This document shows, piece after piece, positions 20,802 to 30,923 of a stretch of DNA of 64,000 nucleotides (position 1 is the first letter of the stretch; each line of letters begins with the position of its first letter). A program made the position numbers and the translations under genes. Below the pieces are notes generated by a model. That model searched no databases. It saw nothing but the letters and a program-made list of their open reading frames with translations, and was not told where the DNA came from. The stretch is from SAR86 cluster bacterium (GTDB lineage: Bacteria; Pseudomonadota; Gammaproteobacteria; Magnimaribacterales; TMED112): the NCBI GenBank assembly GCA_023703535.1, contig CP097967.1:796156-860155 (forward strand), given 5' to 3'.

Positions 20802-21792
20802 TATTTTGAAAGGGCCTCCAAGAGTCTTCGCACATTTCTTTTAGACCAAACTTTGATTTCCAACTTATCATTTTATTTGATTTAGTTGGATCTGCATAAC
20901 ATACAGGAACATCACCTGCTCTTCTTGAGGAAAATTCTATAGGCACCTCTTTTCTACTAGCAGCCATGAAGGTTTTCAGTAAATCTAATACTGAAACTTT
21001 TTTTCCTGTCCCTAAATTAAGCTCAATAAATCCTTTACTATGCAAAATAAACTTTACAGCATCTAAGTGTCCAGAAATTAAATCTTCGATATGTATATAA
21101 TCCCTTTCAGCAGTGCCATCATTTGTTTCATAATCATTGCCAAATACAGTAAATTTTTTATCTACACCAAGAGCAACTCTAATAATTTTCGGCATTATAT
21201 TGCTCTGATTATCCGAGATACTTTCAACGATCAAGCCATCTTTGTGAGAGCCAATAGGATTAAAGTATCTTAGACTGGCAACGTTAATGAGGCTTTTTTC
21301 TGCAAGGTCTTTGAGGATGAACTCAATTGCCAGCTTAGTTTTACCATAAGTTGATTCAGGAATAAGATTTGTGTCCTCGGTCAGTGGTTGTATTTTTGAT
21401 TGTCCATAAACTGATGCAGACGAAGAAAAAACTAAAGCCTTTAATCCCTCATCCTCCATTGCTTTAAGAACATTAAAAGTTGAGTCAAGATTATTTCTCC
21501 AGTATTCATTAGGAATTTTTTCAGATTCTTCAACAGATTTTAATGAGGCAAAATGAATAACACATTCAATTTGTTTATTAGAAATAAAATTTTTAACTTT
21601 TTCTAGTTCAGTAGATAAGTCAATTTTTTCAAATATGAAATCATTTGGGAACTTGCTCTCTAGTATCTTTATATTTGTTTCATCGGAATTAATAAAATTA
21701 TCACAACCATAAACCCTAAAGCCTTTTTTTAATGCCTCATAGGAAAATGATGCTCCGATGTAGCCTGCCGCACCCGTAACTAACAAATTCAT
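20776..21792 (-). CDS. galE: UDP-glucose 4-epimerase
   Basis: GAAGYIG, FSSSASVYG, YGKTK, LRYFNPIG, DGTAERDYIH. Confidence 0.93.
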   Translation of the reverse strand: MNLLVTGAAGYIGASFSYEALKKGFRVYGCDNFINSDETNIKILESKFPNDFIFEKIDLSTELEKVKNFISNKQIECVIHFASLKSVEESEKIPNEYWRNNLDSTFNVLKAMEDEGLKALVFSSSASVYGQSKIQPLTEDTNLIPESTYGKTKLAIEFILKDLAEKSLINVASLRYFNPIGSHKDGLIVESISDNQSNIMPKIIRVALGVDKKFTVFGNDYETNDGTAERDYIHIEDLISGHLDAVKFILHSKGFIELNLGTGKKVSVLDLLKTFMAASRKEVPIEFSSRRAGDVPVCYADPTKSNKMISWKSKFGLKEMCEDSWRPFQNSDEFKGKS

Positions 21793-22826
21793 GTTTTAGA
21801 GAAAAAATCCTTGGGCGCCAATAAAAAATAAATAAAAAGATAAAACATAAAGAATATCAAACAAAGGATTTGAAGCATCGAGGTATCTTGAGAAAAATAG
21901 TTAGCGCCTAGCAAAAAGGGAAAGTACAGCACAAAAGTTAGCAAAGTGACTAAACTGTGATTCAGGTTCTCAGATGAGAAACTCATTTTTTTTACCCTTC
22001 TATAAATAAGATGATGTAGGTGTTTATTGTCTGGTTCAAGAGCAGAGTATTTAGAAATAATTCTCCTTGCTATAGAAAATATCACATCAGTCAGTGGATA
22101 AATCAACATCAAAAGAACATACCAAGGTGATAAATCATTTGATTGATAGTACTTGATGAGGCCCACTGAGATTGCAGCACCCAAAAAATATGCGCCACCA
22201 TCTCCAAGGAAAATTCTTCCTAAAGGGAAATTTAAAATAAATATCCCCAAAATTGATGAAAACAAAGCCACAAGATAGTAGTAAAACTCCAATGAAGTGG
22301 AGCTTTGAGGAAATACAATTATTGAAATACATGTTGAAAGGCAAAATAACAATAACAACCCATTTATTCCATCGAGCATATTGAATGCATTAATCATTCC
22401 AGATAAGGCAATGCAAATGAATATAATTACAAAAATTTCATATTGAAAAAGTAGATCTATAAATGGAATTTCTAAACTTTCAGCTTTAGTTCCTAGAAAG
22501 TAATAACACAATAATGAAGATGGGATGATTAACATCAATCTAACAAAGGGTGGAATAGAGATTTTCATATCATCAATAAATCCCACCAGGAATACTGGAG
22601 ATGTGCAAAGAAGTAAATTTCGTAAAAACTCGTATTCACTTTCATCTGATATATTTGAAGCTATTAGAAGGGATAAAAATATAGCAATGCCGCCAAATCT
22701 TGAGACAGATTGTTTGTGTAAGGTTTGAGGAGACTCTCTCAGGTTTTTAATGCCAGCACGCACCAGAAACATGTCAAGAAATATTAGAGAGCTTGCTACA
22801 AATAATGATATTAGAAAAACAGTCAT
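21789..22826 (-). CDS. Polyprenyl-phosphate N-acetylhexosamine-1-phosphate transferase (WecA/MraY family)
   Basis: Multi-TM; GFIDD, NAFNMLDGINGL, FLGDGGAY, HLHH. Confidence 0.9.
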   Translation of the reverse strand: MTVFLISLFVASSLIFLDMFLVRAGIKNLRESPQTLHKQSVSRFGGIAIFLSLLIASNISDESEYEFLRNLLLCTSPVFLVGFIDDMKISIPPFVRLMLIIPSSLLCYYFLGTKAESLEIPFIDLLFQYEIFVIIFICIALSGMINAFNMLDGINGLLLLFCLSTCISIIVFPQSSTSLEFYYYLVALFSSILGIFILNFPLGRIFLGDGGAYFLGAAISVGLIKYYQSNDLSPWYVLLMLIYPLTDVIFSIARRIISKYSALEPDNKHLHHLIYRRVKKMSFSSENLNHSLVTLLTFVLYFPFLLGANYFSQDTSMLQILCLIFFMFYLFIYFLLAPKDFFSKT

Positions 22827-23071
22827 TTGATTTTAATCCAAATTATTCTCTTTCATTACATAAATGAAAAATCGAAAACATTATAATTCATATACTTTCC
22901 CAAGGAAAAATAATTGTCTGGAACATAAGTAGTTATTAATTTCAAGATGATTCTTTTAATTCAATAAAAATTTCACATAAATGTAATTTAGTTTTTACTG
23001 GCATTTTGCTTGCAATATTGTTGTTAATGTCTAATATAAACAGATATCGTCTTGTTAGGGGGCTAGAGGAT

Positions 23072-23129
23072 AGTTGACTTAAAACCCAAATGTAGATGCT
23101 AAATTATTTACATTTTCGTTTTTTCAACT
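23072..23129 (+). promoter_or_regulatory. Long imperfect hairpin in the leader of the Pro/Thr-rich gene
   Basis: AGTTGA/TCAACT, AAAAC/GTTTT and AAATGTAGAT/ATTTACATTT stems nest (21 bp, 8-nt loop). Function unknown. Confidence 0.35.
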
Positions 23130-23204
23130 TATTATTTGCGATTCTAACTATAAGGATATAAACTGTTGTTTAGGAGAAACACGGTAGCTTAGGAGACTGA
23201 CAAT

Positions 23205-23753
23205 ATGAAAGATATTTTAAGAATAATTTTGGCAATAGCATTTTTGCCATACGCACAGCTAGTAGCTGACGAGGAAGCATCAACAGCCGCAACGAATAAT
23301 GATGAAGCAGTTGTTGAGGATGAAGTAGAAGTAGATGAAGATTCATCTGAAGACGGTGGATTACTTGATAATCTATCTGTAGGGCAAATTGCAGGTGCTC
23401 TAGCGGGATTAGTTGCAGCATCACAACTTGCTGACGATGATGATCCAGAACCTACACCGGCTCCTACACCAGCGCCAACACCGGCTCCGACACCAGCGCC
23501 AACACCGGCTCCGACACCCGCGCCTACACCAGCGCCTACACCGGCTCCGACACCAGCGCCTACACCGGCTCCGACACCAGCGCCAACACCGGCTCCGACA
23601 CCAGCGCCTACACCAGCGCCAACACCGGCTCCTACACCAGCGCCAACACCGGCACCGGAAGTGGTTAGCACAACTACAACTACTACAACTACAAGTACCA
23701 CATCAACAGGTACAAGTACTGCGACTGATACTGATACAACAGCGCAACTGTAG
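23205..23753 (+). CDS. Secreted Pro/Thr-rich protein, YjbE/GfcA-like
   Basis: AGGAG SD; signal peptide, acidic stretch, hydrophobic [13 protein letters not shown] segment, (PTPA)17, poly-Thr tail; next to yjbH. Confidence 0.75.
   Translation: MKDILRIILAIAFLPYAQLVADEEASTAATNNDEAVVEDEVEVDEDSSEDGGLLDNLSVGQIAGALAGLVAASQLADDDDPEPTPAPTPAPTPAPTPAPTPAPTPAPTPAPTPAPTPAPTPAPTPAPTPAPTPAPTPAPTPAPTPAPTPAPEVVSTTTTTTTTSTTSTGTSTATDTDTTAQL
23451..23654 (+). repeat. Coding minisatellite, 17 x 12 bp (CCN ACA CCN GCN) encoding PTPA
   Basis: Read directly: 204 bp, units differ only at third codon positions; strongly GC-rich against the AT-rich background. Confidence 0.97.
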
Positions 23754-23770
23754 TAAGTTAATAAATATTG

Positions 23771-23801
23771 AAAAGAGCATCTTAGGATGCTCTTTTTTTT
23801 T
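23771..23801 (+). terminator. Intrinsic terminator, possibly bidirectional
   Basis: AAAAGAGCATC-TTAG-GATGCTCTTTT perfect hairpin followed by a T-run, 17 bp after the stop. Confidence 0.9.
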
Positions 23802-24066
23802 GGATATAGTTTTAATATTTTGATCATTACCTCAAGGGAAACTGTATAAATCTAATAAGCAGACATCTCTATAAGAAGAGATTTAATGATATGTGTGGCT
23901 CTAAAAGTAGCTTTTTTAAGAGCTAAAAAAATATTCACCTTTTGATGAGGAAGTTCATTTAAATTTAGGATCACTACGAATAATGAATATTCATTGGTGA
24001 ATGTTTATTTCAAGATTTCAGGGGTGCAGACAACTAAAATGAAAAAGGAAAATAAGTAGAAAGTTT

Positions 24067-26163
24067 TTAGTCGAAGATTGATGATTGTTCAACCATGAAA
24101 TACAGTTCACGGTTCATAGCAATTTTTGCGCCGCCATCTCTAGTTAGAGGCCTATAACCTGTTCCAACAACACCGGCAGCTCTATAGTTTTTAGACCTAA
24201 AAAGAGTGAAAAAATCTACAGGTATCATGACGTAAATACCTTTATCAAAACTTCCCTCTCCAAAATCCTCAAAACTAACATCTGTTCTTGTAAAGAAGGC
24301 GCCCATTCTAGAACCATTATCAAATGACCTTGATAGATCTACCGTATAACCAACATCCTTAGCTAAGTACTTACCATAGGATAACTTTAAATTTAATTTA
24401 AAAAATGGCTCTCTTGCATAAAAATTAATATTTGAAGTTGTTGTTTCATATTCTCTAAAACCTGATAATGACTTATCAAATGCTCTTTGCCTCACTCTTG
24501 CGGTATCAAAGCCTATAGCAAATTTACTGTTATATGGTTTATATAAATACTCTAATCTTAGTCCTCCAAACATAAGCTCAAAATGTCCGGCTGAAGCAAA
24601 AACGTAATGACCATTTTTAAAGCCTCTAACATAATCCAATTGTGCAAACTCAAAACCCTCTTTTCCTTGTTTTAGATATTGCTGTATTAAAACCCTAACA
24701 GGTTCTAACCTCGTAGTCTCAGGAAAGTAATTTAATTTCTTGTAATCATCAGTTAAAGGGTACGTATAAAGCGTATTAAATTCGAGGTGCCTATTAAAAA
24801 GAGCAACAAAATTTACATTCAATGATAACTCTCTAAATGCAAATTTATTGACCGAACCAACATGAGTTTTAAACCCTGGTCTGAAACCATATGTGAAGAC
24901 TGGATATTTTATAATTGGTTTAAAATCTTGAATTTTATTATTAGCAATGTATCCATCTTCAAACTTTTTATCCCAATCAAAAGTTACATCGGTGTTTTGT
25001 GCTAAAAGTACGTAAGGACCAAATTGCGGGACAGTAACTACGTTTTTAATGAAGCTGTATTTTCCTCTAACGTAATCTTCAACTACAAGTCTGGCATCAT
25101 CTTCATTGTTATAAAGGCTTTGAGCATAATTTATGTATAGTGTTTTTTCCTTTTCATCGTAATGCGCTTTTTGTACTAAAATTCCATTTGAGTTTAGATC
25201 TTCTAATAATGATAAGTAAACTTTGTACTCAAAATCTGAATAATCACCTTGGGTATTTAGAAGTACTGGATCTTTCTTTTTTGCAAAATTAAAACCAGCC
25301 TGCCATCTAAAAGCAAGTTGAGACATATTTTCATAATAAAGACCGAAGTTTAAATTCTTGTTTACTATCACCTCATATCCAAGACTTATTGGTGAGTCTA
25401 AAGATTCGAACCTATCTCCTTCACATTCCCTACAAAAATCAGCTAATTCATGATCAATGCTGTCATATTCTAATTTGATCTTAGAATTCACAGGATAAAA
25501 TCTAGCTTTTGGAATTACATATTCAACGCCACCAAATACTGAAGTAGTGCCTCTAAACCATGTTGATACTCCTGGAACACCTCCCATAAGTCCCAAACTG
25601 TAACCACTACCCCTTTGATCAAACTTATCAGTTAATATTGAAAGAGGATTTCCACCAATGTTGTCAGTACTGCCAAGAGCTCCCCAACCTAGACCTGCAG
25701 TAAGATCAAACCTTCCAAATGATTTACTTGCAACTACATATTCAGATGCTGTTAATGATGTGCCAGCAAAATCTACTAGTCCAACTGCTACATTAGGCAA
25801 ATACTCACAGAATGCGTAATCTAGGCCATAACATTCACCCTCTTTAAAAAGCCTTGCTTTCAAACTAAAGCCTTTATCTTTTTGAGATTGCATGCCTCCA
25901 GGTCCTCTTTCGAAGTCTGGATAACCTAATGAATTGATATCTGTATAGAATAAAGCACCTTCAAACCAGTCATATGGAGAAAATTGAAAAACATACTTTC
26001 CATAAGGATCGTATCTTGAGTAATTAAATGATACCTTGCCCTCATTATTAAACCTTGCATTAGGCATTTTAATAAGCCCAGAATAATCAACTAGAGAGCC
26101 TGTTAAAAATTCATTTGAATTTAAATTAAACGCAACTGCAAAAAGTAGAATAAGCTTTTTCAT
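24067..26163 (-). CDS. yjbH: YjbH/GfcD-family outer-membrane polysaccharide export protein
   Basis: GLIKMPNAR, QFSPYDWFE, DFAGTSL..SEYVVASK, YLAKDVGYTVDLSRSFDNG, GEGSFDKG, LTRDGGA. Confidence 0.9.
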   Translation of the reverse strand: MKKLILLFAVAFNLNSNEFLTGSLVDYSGLIKMPNARFNNEGKVSFNYSRYDPYGKYVFQFSPYDWFEGALFYTDINSLGYPDFERGPGGMQSQKDKGFSLKARLFKEGECYGLDYAFCEYLPNVAVGLVDFAGTSLTASEYVVASKSFGRFDLTAGLGWGALGSTDNIGGNPLSILTDKFDQRGSGYSLGLMGGVPGVSTWFRGTTSVFGGVEYVIPKARFYPVNSKIKLEYDSIDHELADFCRECEGDRFESLDSPISLGYEVIVNKNLNFGLYYENMSQLAFRWQAGFNFAKKKDPVLLNTQGDYSDFEYKVYLSLLEDLNSNGILVQKAHYDEKEKTLYINYAQSLYNNEDDARLVVEDYVRGKYSFIKNVVTVPQFGPYVLLAQNTDVTFDWDKKFEDGYIANNKIQDFKPIIKYPVFTYGFRPGFKTHVGSVNKFAFRELSLNVNFVALFNRHLEFNTLYTYPLTDDYKKLNYFPETTRLEPVRVLIQQYLKQGKEGFEFAQLDYVRGFKNGHYVFASAGHFELMFGGLRLEYLYKPYNSKFAIGFDTARVRQRAFDKSLSGFREYETTTSNINFYAREPFFKLNLKLSYGKYLAKDVGYTVDLSRSFDNGSRMGAFFTRTDVSFEDFGEGSFDKGIYVMIPVDFFTLFRSKNYRAAGVVGTGYRPLTRDGGAKIAMNRELYFMVEQSSIFD

Positions 26164-26181
26164 GAAGTATTATATTTTACT

Positions 26182-28794
26182 TTAATCACTTATAGCATTT
26201 AAAGATGCTGCAGCAAAAGCAATGTCTGAAACTGATCTTGTAATGACCTGTACTAATGGTAATCCTGAAATTCCCCCCAGCTTCTTCGGCACTACAATAG
26301 TATCGCCTGGCGCCAGTCTATAGAAGTCTGAAGAGAAGTAATTTCCACTAACTGGTCTAGCTGTTCCATCAGAGGAAATTACGTATACCTCTCTTTTATT
26401 GGCATATTTAGTAAATCCTCCAGTTGATTCTATGTAAAAATTAAGGTCTTTATTGTCTTGGAAAACAAGTGTTGAACTGGAGTTCACTTCACCTATAACA
26501 CTTATAATTTGTGGTTTATTAAAAACATATATCTCATCATCTTGCTCTAGAATCAATTCTTTTGCAGTTTTGCTCTCAGGTGATAGATCTCCAACAACTC
26601 TGCCAATAGGTTCAGTTTGATCAGCTAAATTGAATATGGAAACAAGTTCTCCGACTGAACCACCTGTTTGTGCTGAATTTGCGTTTGTAAGATTGTAAAA
26701 GATTCCATCCAATAACTTTTTCTTTGAGTTTTCTAAAGCTTCTTTTTCTGCTCTTTTAACTGATGCTCTTGAAAGGAAAATAGATTTGCTTGATGCAGTA
26801 CTTTTTAATCCACCTGATCGTCTGTAAAGCTCTTCGAGTGTAGTGCCCGGAAGCAATGTATATTCTCCAGGATTATTTACTTCTCCCATAACCTTAACTC
26901 TTACATATTTAGAGCTTATTGAAGGAACAGTGAGTGAAGCATTTATAGGATTTTTAACCAAATATCTTTTATCTGGTGATAAAACAGAGATATTGTTTGA
27001 TAAGTCGATATATTCGACCATACTTTTCTCTGCCATTGGGGTATAACCGCCAATAAAATCTATAATTTTATTTATCTCAACCGATCCAAAAACTGGATAC
27101 AGTCCATTTCTTGTAAACTCTCCCTCAACTGTAATTGCATGTGATTTCAAAAGTTTAAATATTTCTGGATTTGTAAGTAAAAATTCATACTTAAGGAGTT
27201 TAGAGCTTGCATCAGCCATCTTTCTTTGTTCTAGCTCTCTTTGATTTTTATAGTCTTCAAGAGCATCTTCGCCGACAATCTGAGATTCAAATCTAGATTG
27301 AACTGAATCCTCAATAAAGTTTTCATTAAATCTCTTTTCTATTTCCCTTTTTAACGCATTGGATGTTTGTGGCTGTGGAGCAGACAGATCAGATTCTTCT
27401 ACGGATTCAACTGCCACAACTTCAAAAAAGCTCTTAAGCAATCTATTCTCAAGTTTATCCAAGTCCTCCGCTGATTCCTGAAGAAGATCGTTAAATACTT
27501 TAATATCTTCATTAGCAAAAAATCTTATGACTGAATTAGGCTTCACTTCAATATCTCTGTAGGTATCTGCATCAGATAAGCTAAATGGAGAAAGCTTAAA
27601 ATTTCCAACATCATTCATTACCACTCCAAAGAAAGGATAGACATTGTCAGCAAACTCAAGATTTTTTATAAGCTCATTTAATTTAATATTTTCTGAATAA
27701 ATGAAATCATTTTGCTTTACGGGGCCCACTACAACTGGGTTTAGGTTTGTTTCCAAACCTTTGCCTCTTATATCCATTGATAAAATTTTTGTTACATCTT
27801 CAAATTGATCTGAAGCAGATATTTGTTTGTTTGTAATCTGATCTTGATCAACATAATTAATTACCAATCTATCCATATCAGCATCAAAAAGCGCTTCTTG
27901 TGCAAATGTAAGAATGTCACTAATAGTATCTGTTTTCTTTATTTCATAAGTTAAAGGTCTATTGACTTTTCCTTTAACTTCAACAAAGTTGATAGCAGGT
28001 GGAATGAATACTGTATCACCTGGTCTTAAAGTCTTATCACCTGATCTGTCTCCAAAAATTAACTGTTTATAAAAATCAAATGGATATGTTTCTTCCCCTC
28101 TTTTAATTTGCATGTTTCTTAATGAGCCATAATCCTCTACCCCGCCGGATAGAATTAATAAATTTGATGCAGTTGTTAGGGGATTTACGGTGTATGCTCC
28201 AGGATTTTTTGCAGCTCCTAATACAAAAACTTGAAATGGCTGTAAATCTTGCATAGAAATTATTACTTCAGTTCCAAGAGAAGTTTTTGAATATATTTCG
28301 TTAACCTTGATGTTTACTTGTTCAAGAGTTAATCCTGCAATTTGTACATCACCTATTACAGGCATTTGAAGAACACCATTTAGACCTACTCTCAACTGCC
28401 TTTTAAGTTGATCTGCTCCTACAGTTATTACCTCTAAAATATCGCCTGGATTGATTTGATAAGTATTAGGTATTGGTAAATCTATAAGAGGAGCATAAGA
28501 ACTTGGAGTTTTTGTAAAAAAGTCGTATCCAAATTTTCTCTTTGAACCAAGCAATGTTGATGCATAAGTGTTCTCAGTTTTATCAAATAATGAACTAGCG
28601 ACAGGAGGCATTGTAGCCATCATTCCCATGCCCAACATCCCTGCTCCAGCATCTCCAGCAGTTAATTGTCCTATAACCTGTGCTCTAGCCTCAGGTGGCA
28701 GCATATTCAAATAATTTAAATTTTCTTGTGAAAGGTTTTGTGAGCCCATTTTTAGTGATAAAAAAGAGGCAATTAAAATAAGTATAAGTCGCAT
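26182..28794 (-). CDS. Polysaccharide export protein with multiple SLBB domains (Wza/KpsD/OtnA-like)
   Basis: FGYDFF, YQINPGD, VFVLGAAKNPGAY, repeated V.GEVN.PG.Y units, LAPGDTIVVP. Confidence 0.9.
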   Translation of the reverse strand: MRLILILIASFLSLKMGSQNLSQENLNYLNMLPPEARAQVIGQLTAGDAGAGMLGMGMMATMPPVASSLFDKTENTYASTLLGSKRKFGYDFFTKTPSSYAPLIDLPIPNTYQINPGDILEVITVGADQLKRQLRVGLNGVLQMPVIGDVQIAGLTLEQVNIKVNEIYSKTSLGTEVIISMQDLQPFQVFVLGAAKNPGAYTVNPLTTASNLLILSGGVEDYGSLRNMQIKRGEETYPFDFYKQLIFGDRSGDKTLRPGDTVFIPPAINFVEVKGKVNRPLTYEIKKTDTISDILTFAQEALFDADMDRLVINYVDQDQITNKQISASDQFEDVTKILSMDIRGKGLETNLNPVVVGPVKQNDFIYSENIKLNELIKNLEFADNVYPFFGVVMNDVGNFKLSPFSLSDADTYRDIEVKPNSVIRFFANEDIKVFNDLLQESAEDLDKLENRLLKSFFEVVAVESVEESDLSAPQPQTSNALKREIEKRFNENFIEDSVQSRFESQIVGEDALEDYKNQRELEQRKMADASSKLLKYEFLLTNPEIFKLLKSHAITVEGEFTRNGLYPVFGSVEINKIIDFIGGYTPMAEKSMVEYIDLSNNISVLSPDKRYLVKNPINASLTVPSISSKYVRVKVMGEVNNPGEYTLLPGTTLEELYRRSGGLKSTASSKSIFLSRASVKRAEKEALENSKKKLLDGIFYNLTNANSAQTGGSVGELVSIFNLADQTEPIGRVVGDLSPESKTAKELILEQDDEIYVFNKPQIISVIGEVNSSSTLVFQDNKDLNFYIESTGGFTKYANKREVYVISSDGTARPVSGNYFSSDFYRLAPGDTIVVPKKLGGISGLPLVQVITRSVSDIAFAAASLNAISD

Positions 28795-28944
28795 AGTATG
28801 TGGATTTTATACCTTAAACATTAAAGTCTCAATGAAATGAGCCTCTAAAACGGCTTTATGTAAGAGAAATTAGCATATTTATCCCAATTTTCTGCATTTT
28901 TAGTGATTATCATGTGATAATTCCCTTTCATAAAAAAAGAATAG

Positions 28945-29958
28945 ATGAAAAAAGTTATTATTACAGGTTCTGCAGGCTTTATTGGCTTTCATACTGCACT
29001 AAGATTTCTCAAAGAAGGGTTTGAAGTATATGGAATAGATGATCTTAATGATTATTACGACCCAAATCTTAAAGAGGATAGAAATAAAATATTAGAACAA
29101 GATAAAAATTTTAATTTCATTAAAGCTGATATATCAAAAGTTGAAATTAAAAATAAATATAATGAGATAAATCCAGAATTGTTTATAAACCTTGCTGCGC
29201 AAGCAGGAGTCCGACACTCAATTACAAATCCAGAGGATTATATAAAAGCTAATATCGACTCTTTTTTGCACATAATGGAATTTGCAAAAGATAGCAAAAA
29301 CTTAGTTCGAACATTATATGCATCTACAAGCTCTGTTTATGGTGGAAATATTAGACAACCTTTTCAAGAATCACATGGAGTTGATCACCCTCTTCAATTT
29401 TATGCCGTATCTAAAAGAACAAATGAATTAATGGCGCATGCTTATTCAAATCTTTATGGAACAGAATGCATTGGATTAAGATTCTTTACTGTTTATGGTC
29501 CATGGGGCAGACCTGATATGGCATTGTTTAAATTTACAAAAAATATACTTGAAGATAAAGAAATTGATGTTTACAACAACGGCAATCACAGCAGAGATTT
29601 TACATATGTCGATGATATTGTTGAGGGAATCTATTTATCATCTATTTCAAAAAAAGAATTGATCGATTCAAATTTCGATTCGAAGGATCCTTCTAGATCT
29701 TTCTGTAAAAGCATTATATTTAATCTTGGAAGAGGAAAACCAGAAAATCTTGAAGATTTTATTGATGAGATTGAGAGTAATCTTGGAAAAAGAGCAAAAA
29801 GAAATTTAATGCCCCTTCAGCCTGGAGATGTGCCAGATACTAGTGCAGATATTTCTGGTTTGAAAGATTTTTCTGGTTATGAACCTAAAACATCCATTAA
29901 AATTGGAGTGAAAAACTTTATTGACTGGTACAAAGAATATTACAAGGTAAATTTATGA
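28945..29958 (+). CDS. NAD-dependent epimerase (UDP-glucuronate 4-epimerase, CapI-like)
   Basis: GSAGFIG, LAAQAGVRHS, ASTSSVYG, YAVSK, FFTVYGPWGRPDMA. Confidence 0.9.
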   Translation: MKKVIITGSAGFIGFHTALRFLKEGFEVYGIDDLNDYYDPNLKEDRNKILEQDKNFNFIKADISKVEIKNKYNEINPELFINLAAQAGVRHSITNPEDYIKANIDSFLHIMEFAKDSKNLVRTLYASTSSVYGGNIRQPFQESHGVDHPLQFYAVSKRTNELMAHAYSNLYGTECIGLRFFTVYGPWGRPDMALFKFTKNILEDKEIDVYNNGNHSRDFTYVDDIVEGIYLSSISKKELIDSNFDSKDPSRSFCKSIIFNLGRGKPENLEDFIDEIESNLGKRAKRNLMPLQPGDVPDTSADISGLKDFSGYEPKTSIKIGVKNFIDWYKEYYKVNL

Positions 29959-30923
29959 AAAAAATTCTAATAACGGGAGCTGCGGGATTTATAGGTTCCC
30001 ACTTAACTGAAAGATGTGTTGAAGAGGGATTCGAGGTTATAGCTTTTGATAGATATAACTCAGAAAATCATTGGGGATGGCTTGAGAATTCAAAACATAA
30101 AGGTAATTTTGAAATGGTTCTTGGTGATATAAGAGATTTTGATAGTGTAAGTAATTCAATGCAAAATGTGGATTGTATATTTCACCTAGCTGCATTAATT
30201 GGGATTCCATATTCATACAACTCACCTCTTGCATATATCAAAACAAATATTGAGGGGACATATAATGTGCTTCAATCGGCTAGAGAAAAAAGTGTTGAAA
30301 ATATCCTTATAACAAGTACCAGTGAGACTTATGGAACTGCTCAAAAAATTCCAATGGATGAGGATCATCCAAAGGTAGGGCAATCACCCTACTCTGCAAC
30401 AAAAATAGCAGCTGATCAATTAGCAATTAGCTTTCATAAATCTTTTGATCTTCCCATAAAGATAGTTAGACCTTTCAATACTTATGGTCCAAGACAATCC
30501 TCAAGGGCAATTATACCTAATATTACTTCACAACTTATCGTTGGTAACGAAGTTAACTTAGGAAATATTGAACCTACAAGGGACTTTACTTATGTAGAGG
30601 ACACCTGTTCTGGTTTTCTTCAGATAATGGAGTCAGCAAAGCTAATTGGAGAAGAGGTTAATATTGGAATGAATGAAGAAATTTCTATTAAGGAATTGGT
30701 TTCAAAAATTGCTGGAATATTAGGAAAGGAATACAAAATTGTTGGTCAGGACGAAAGAAAAAGGCCAGAAAATAGTGAAGTTGAGAGACTTAATTGTGAT
30801 AACTCAAAAATAATGGCTGCTACAGAATGGCAACCAAAATTTGATTTAGACTCAGGTTTAGAGGAAACAATTAAATGGTTAAAAGATAATTCATCTGAAA
30901 AAATGGGTGAATATAATGTCTAA
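29955..30923 (+). CDS. legB: NDP-GlcNAc 4,6-dehydratase (LegB-like)
   Basis: GAAGFIGSHL, HLAALIGIPYSY, TSTSETYG, YSATK, RPFNTYGPRQS. Confidence 0.85.
   Translation: MKKILITGAAGFIGSHLTERCVEEGFEVIAFDRYNSENHWGWLENSKHKGNFEMVLGDIRDFDSVSNSMQNVDCIFHLAALIGIPYSYNSPLAYIKTNIEGTYNVLQSAREKSVENILITSTSETYGTAQKIPMDEDHPKVGQSPYSATKIAADQLAISFHKSFDLPIKIVRPFNTYGPRQSSRAIIPNITSQLIVGNEVNLGNIEPTRDFTYVEDTCSGFLQIMESAKLIGEEVNIGMNEEISIKELVSKIAGILGKEYKIVGQDERKRPENSEVERLNCDNSKIMAATEWQPKFDLDSGLEETIKWLKDNSSEKMGEYNV

Noticed and set aside
23451-23654. Possible CRISPR array
   Set aside because: 12-bp units without spacers, in frame in a gene; no cas genes.
23189-23827. Antisense ORF with silk-like (GAGV)n and alternative-frame ORF 23413-23823 with (HQRL)n
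   Set aside because: Shadow frames of the PTPA repeat. Only the 23205 frame has an SD, signal peptide, terminator and variation limited to third codon positions.
23802-24066. Possible small RNA in the convergent gap (several short hairpins, palindrome AATGAATATTCATT)
   Set aside because: Stems are short and AT-rich, with no recognisable family, promoter-terminator pair or ORF; cannot be supported from sequence alone.
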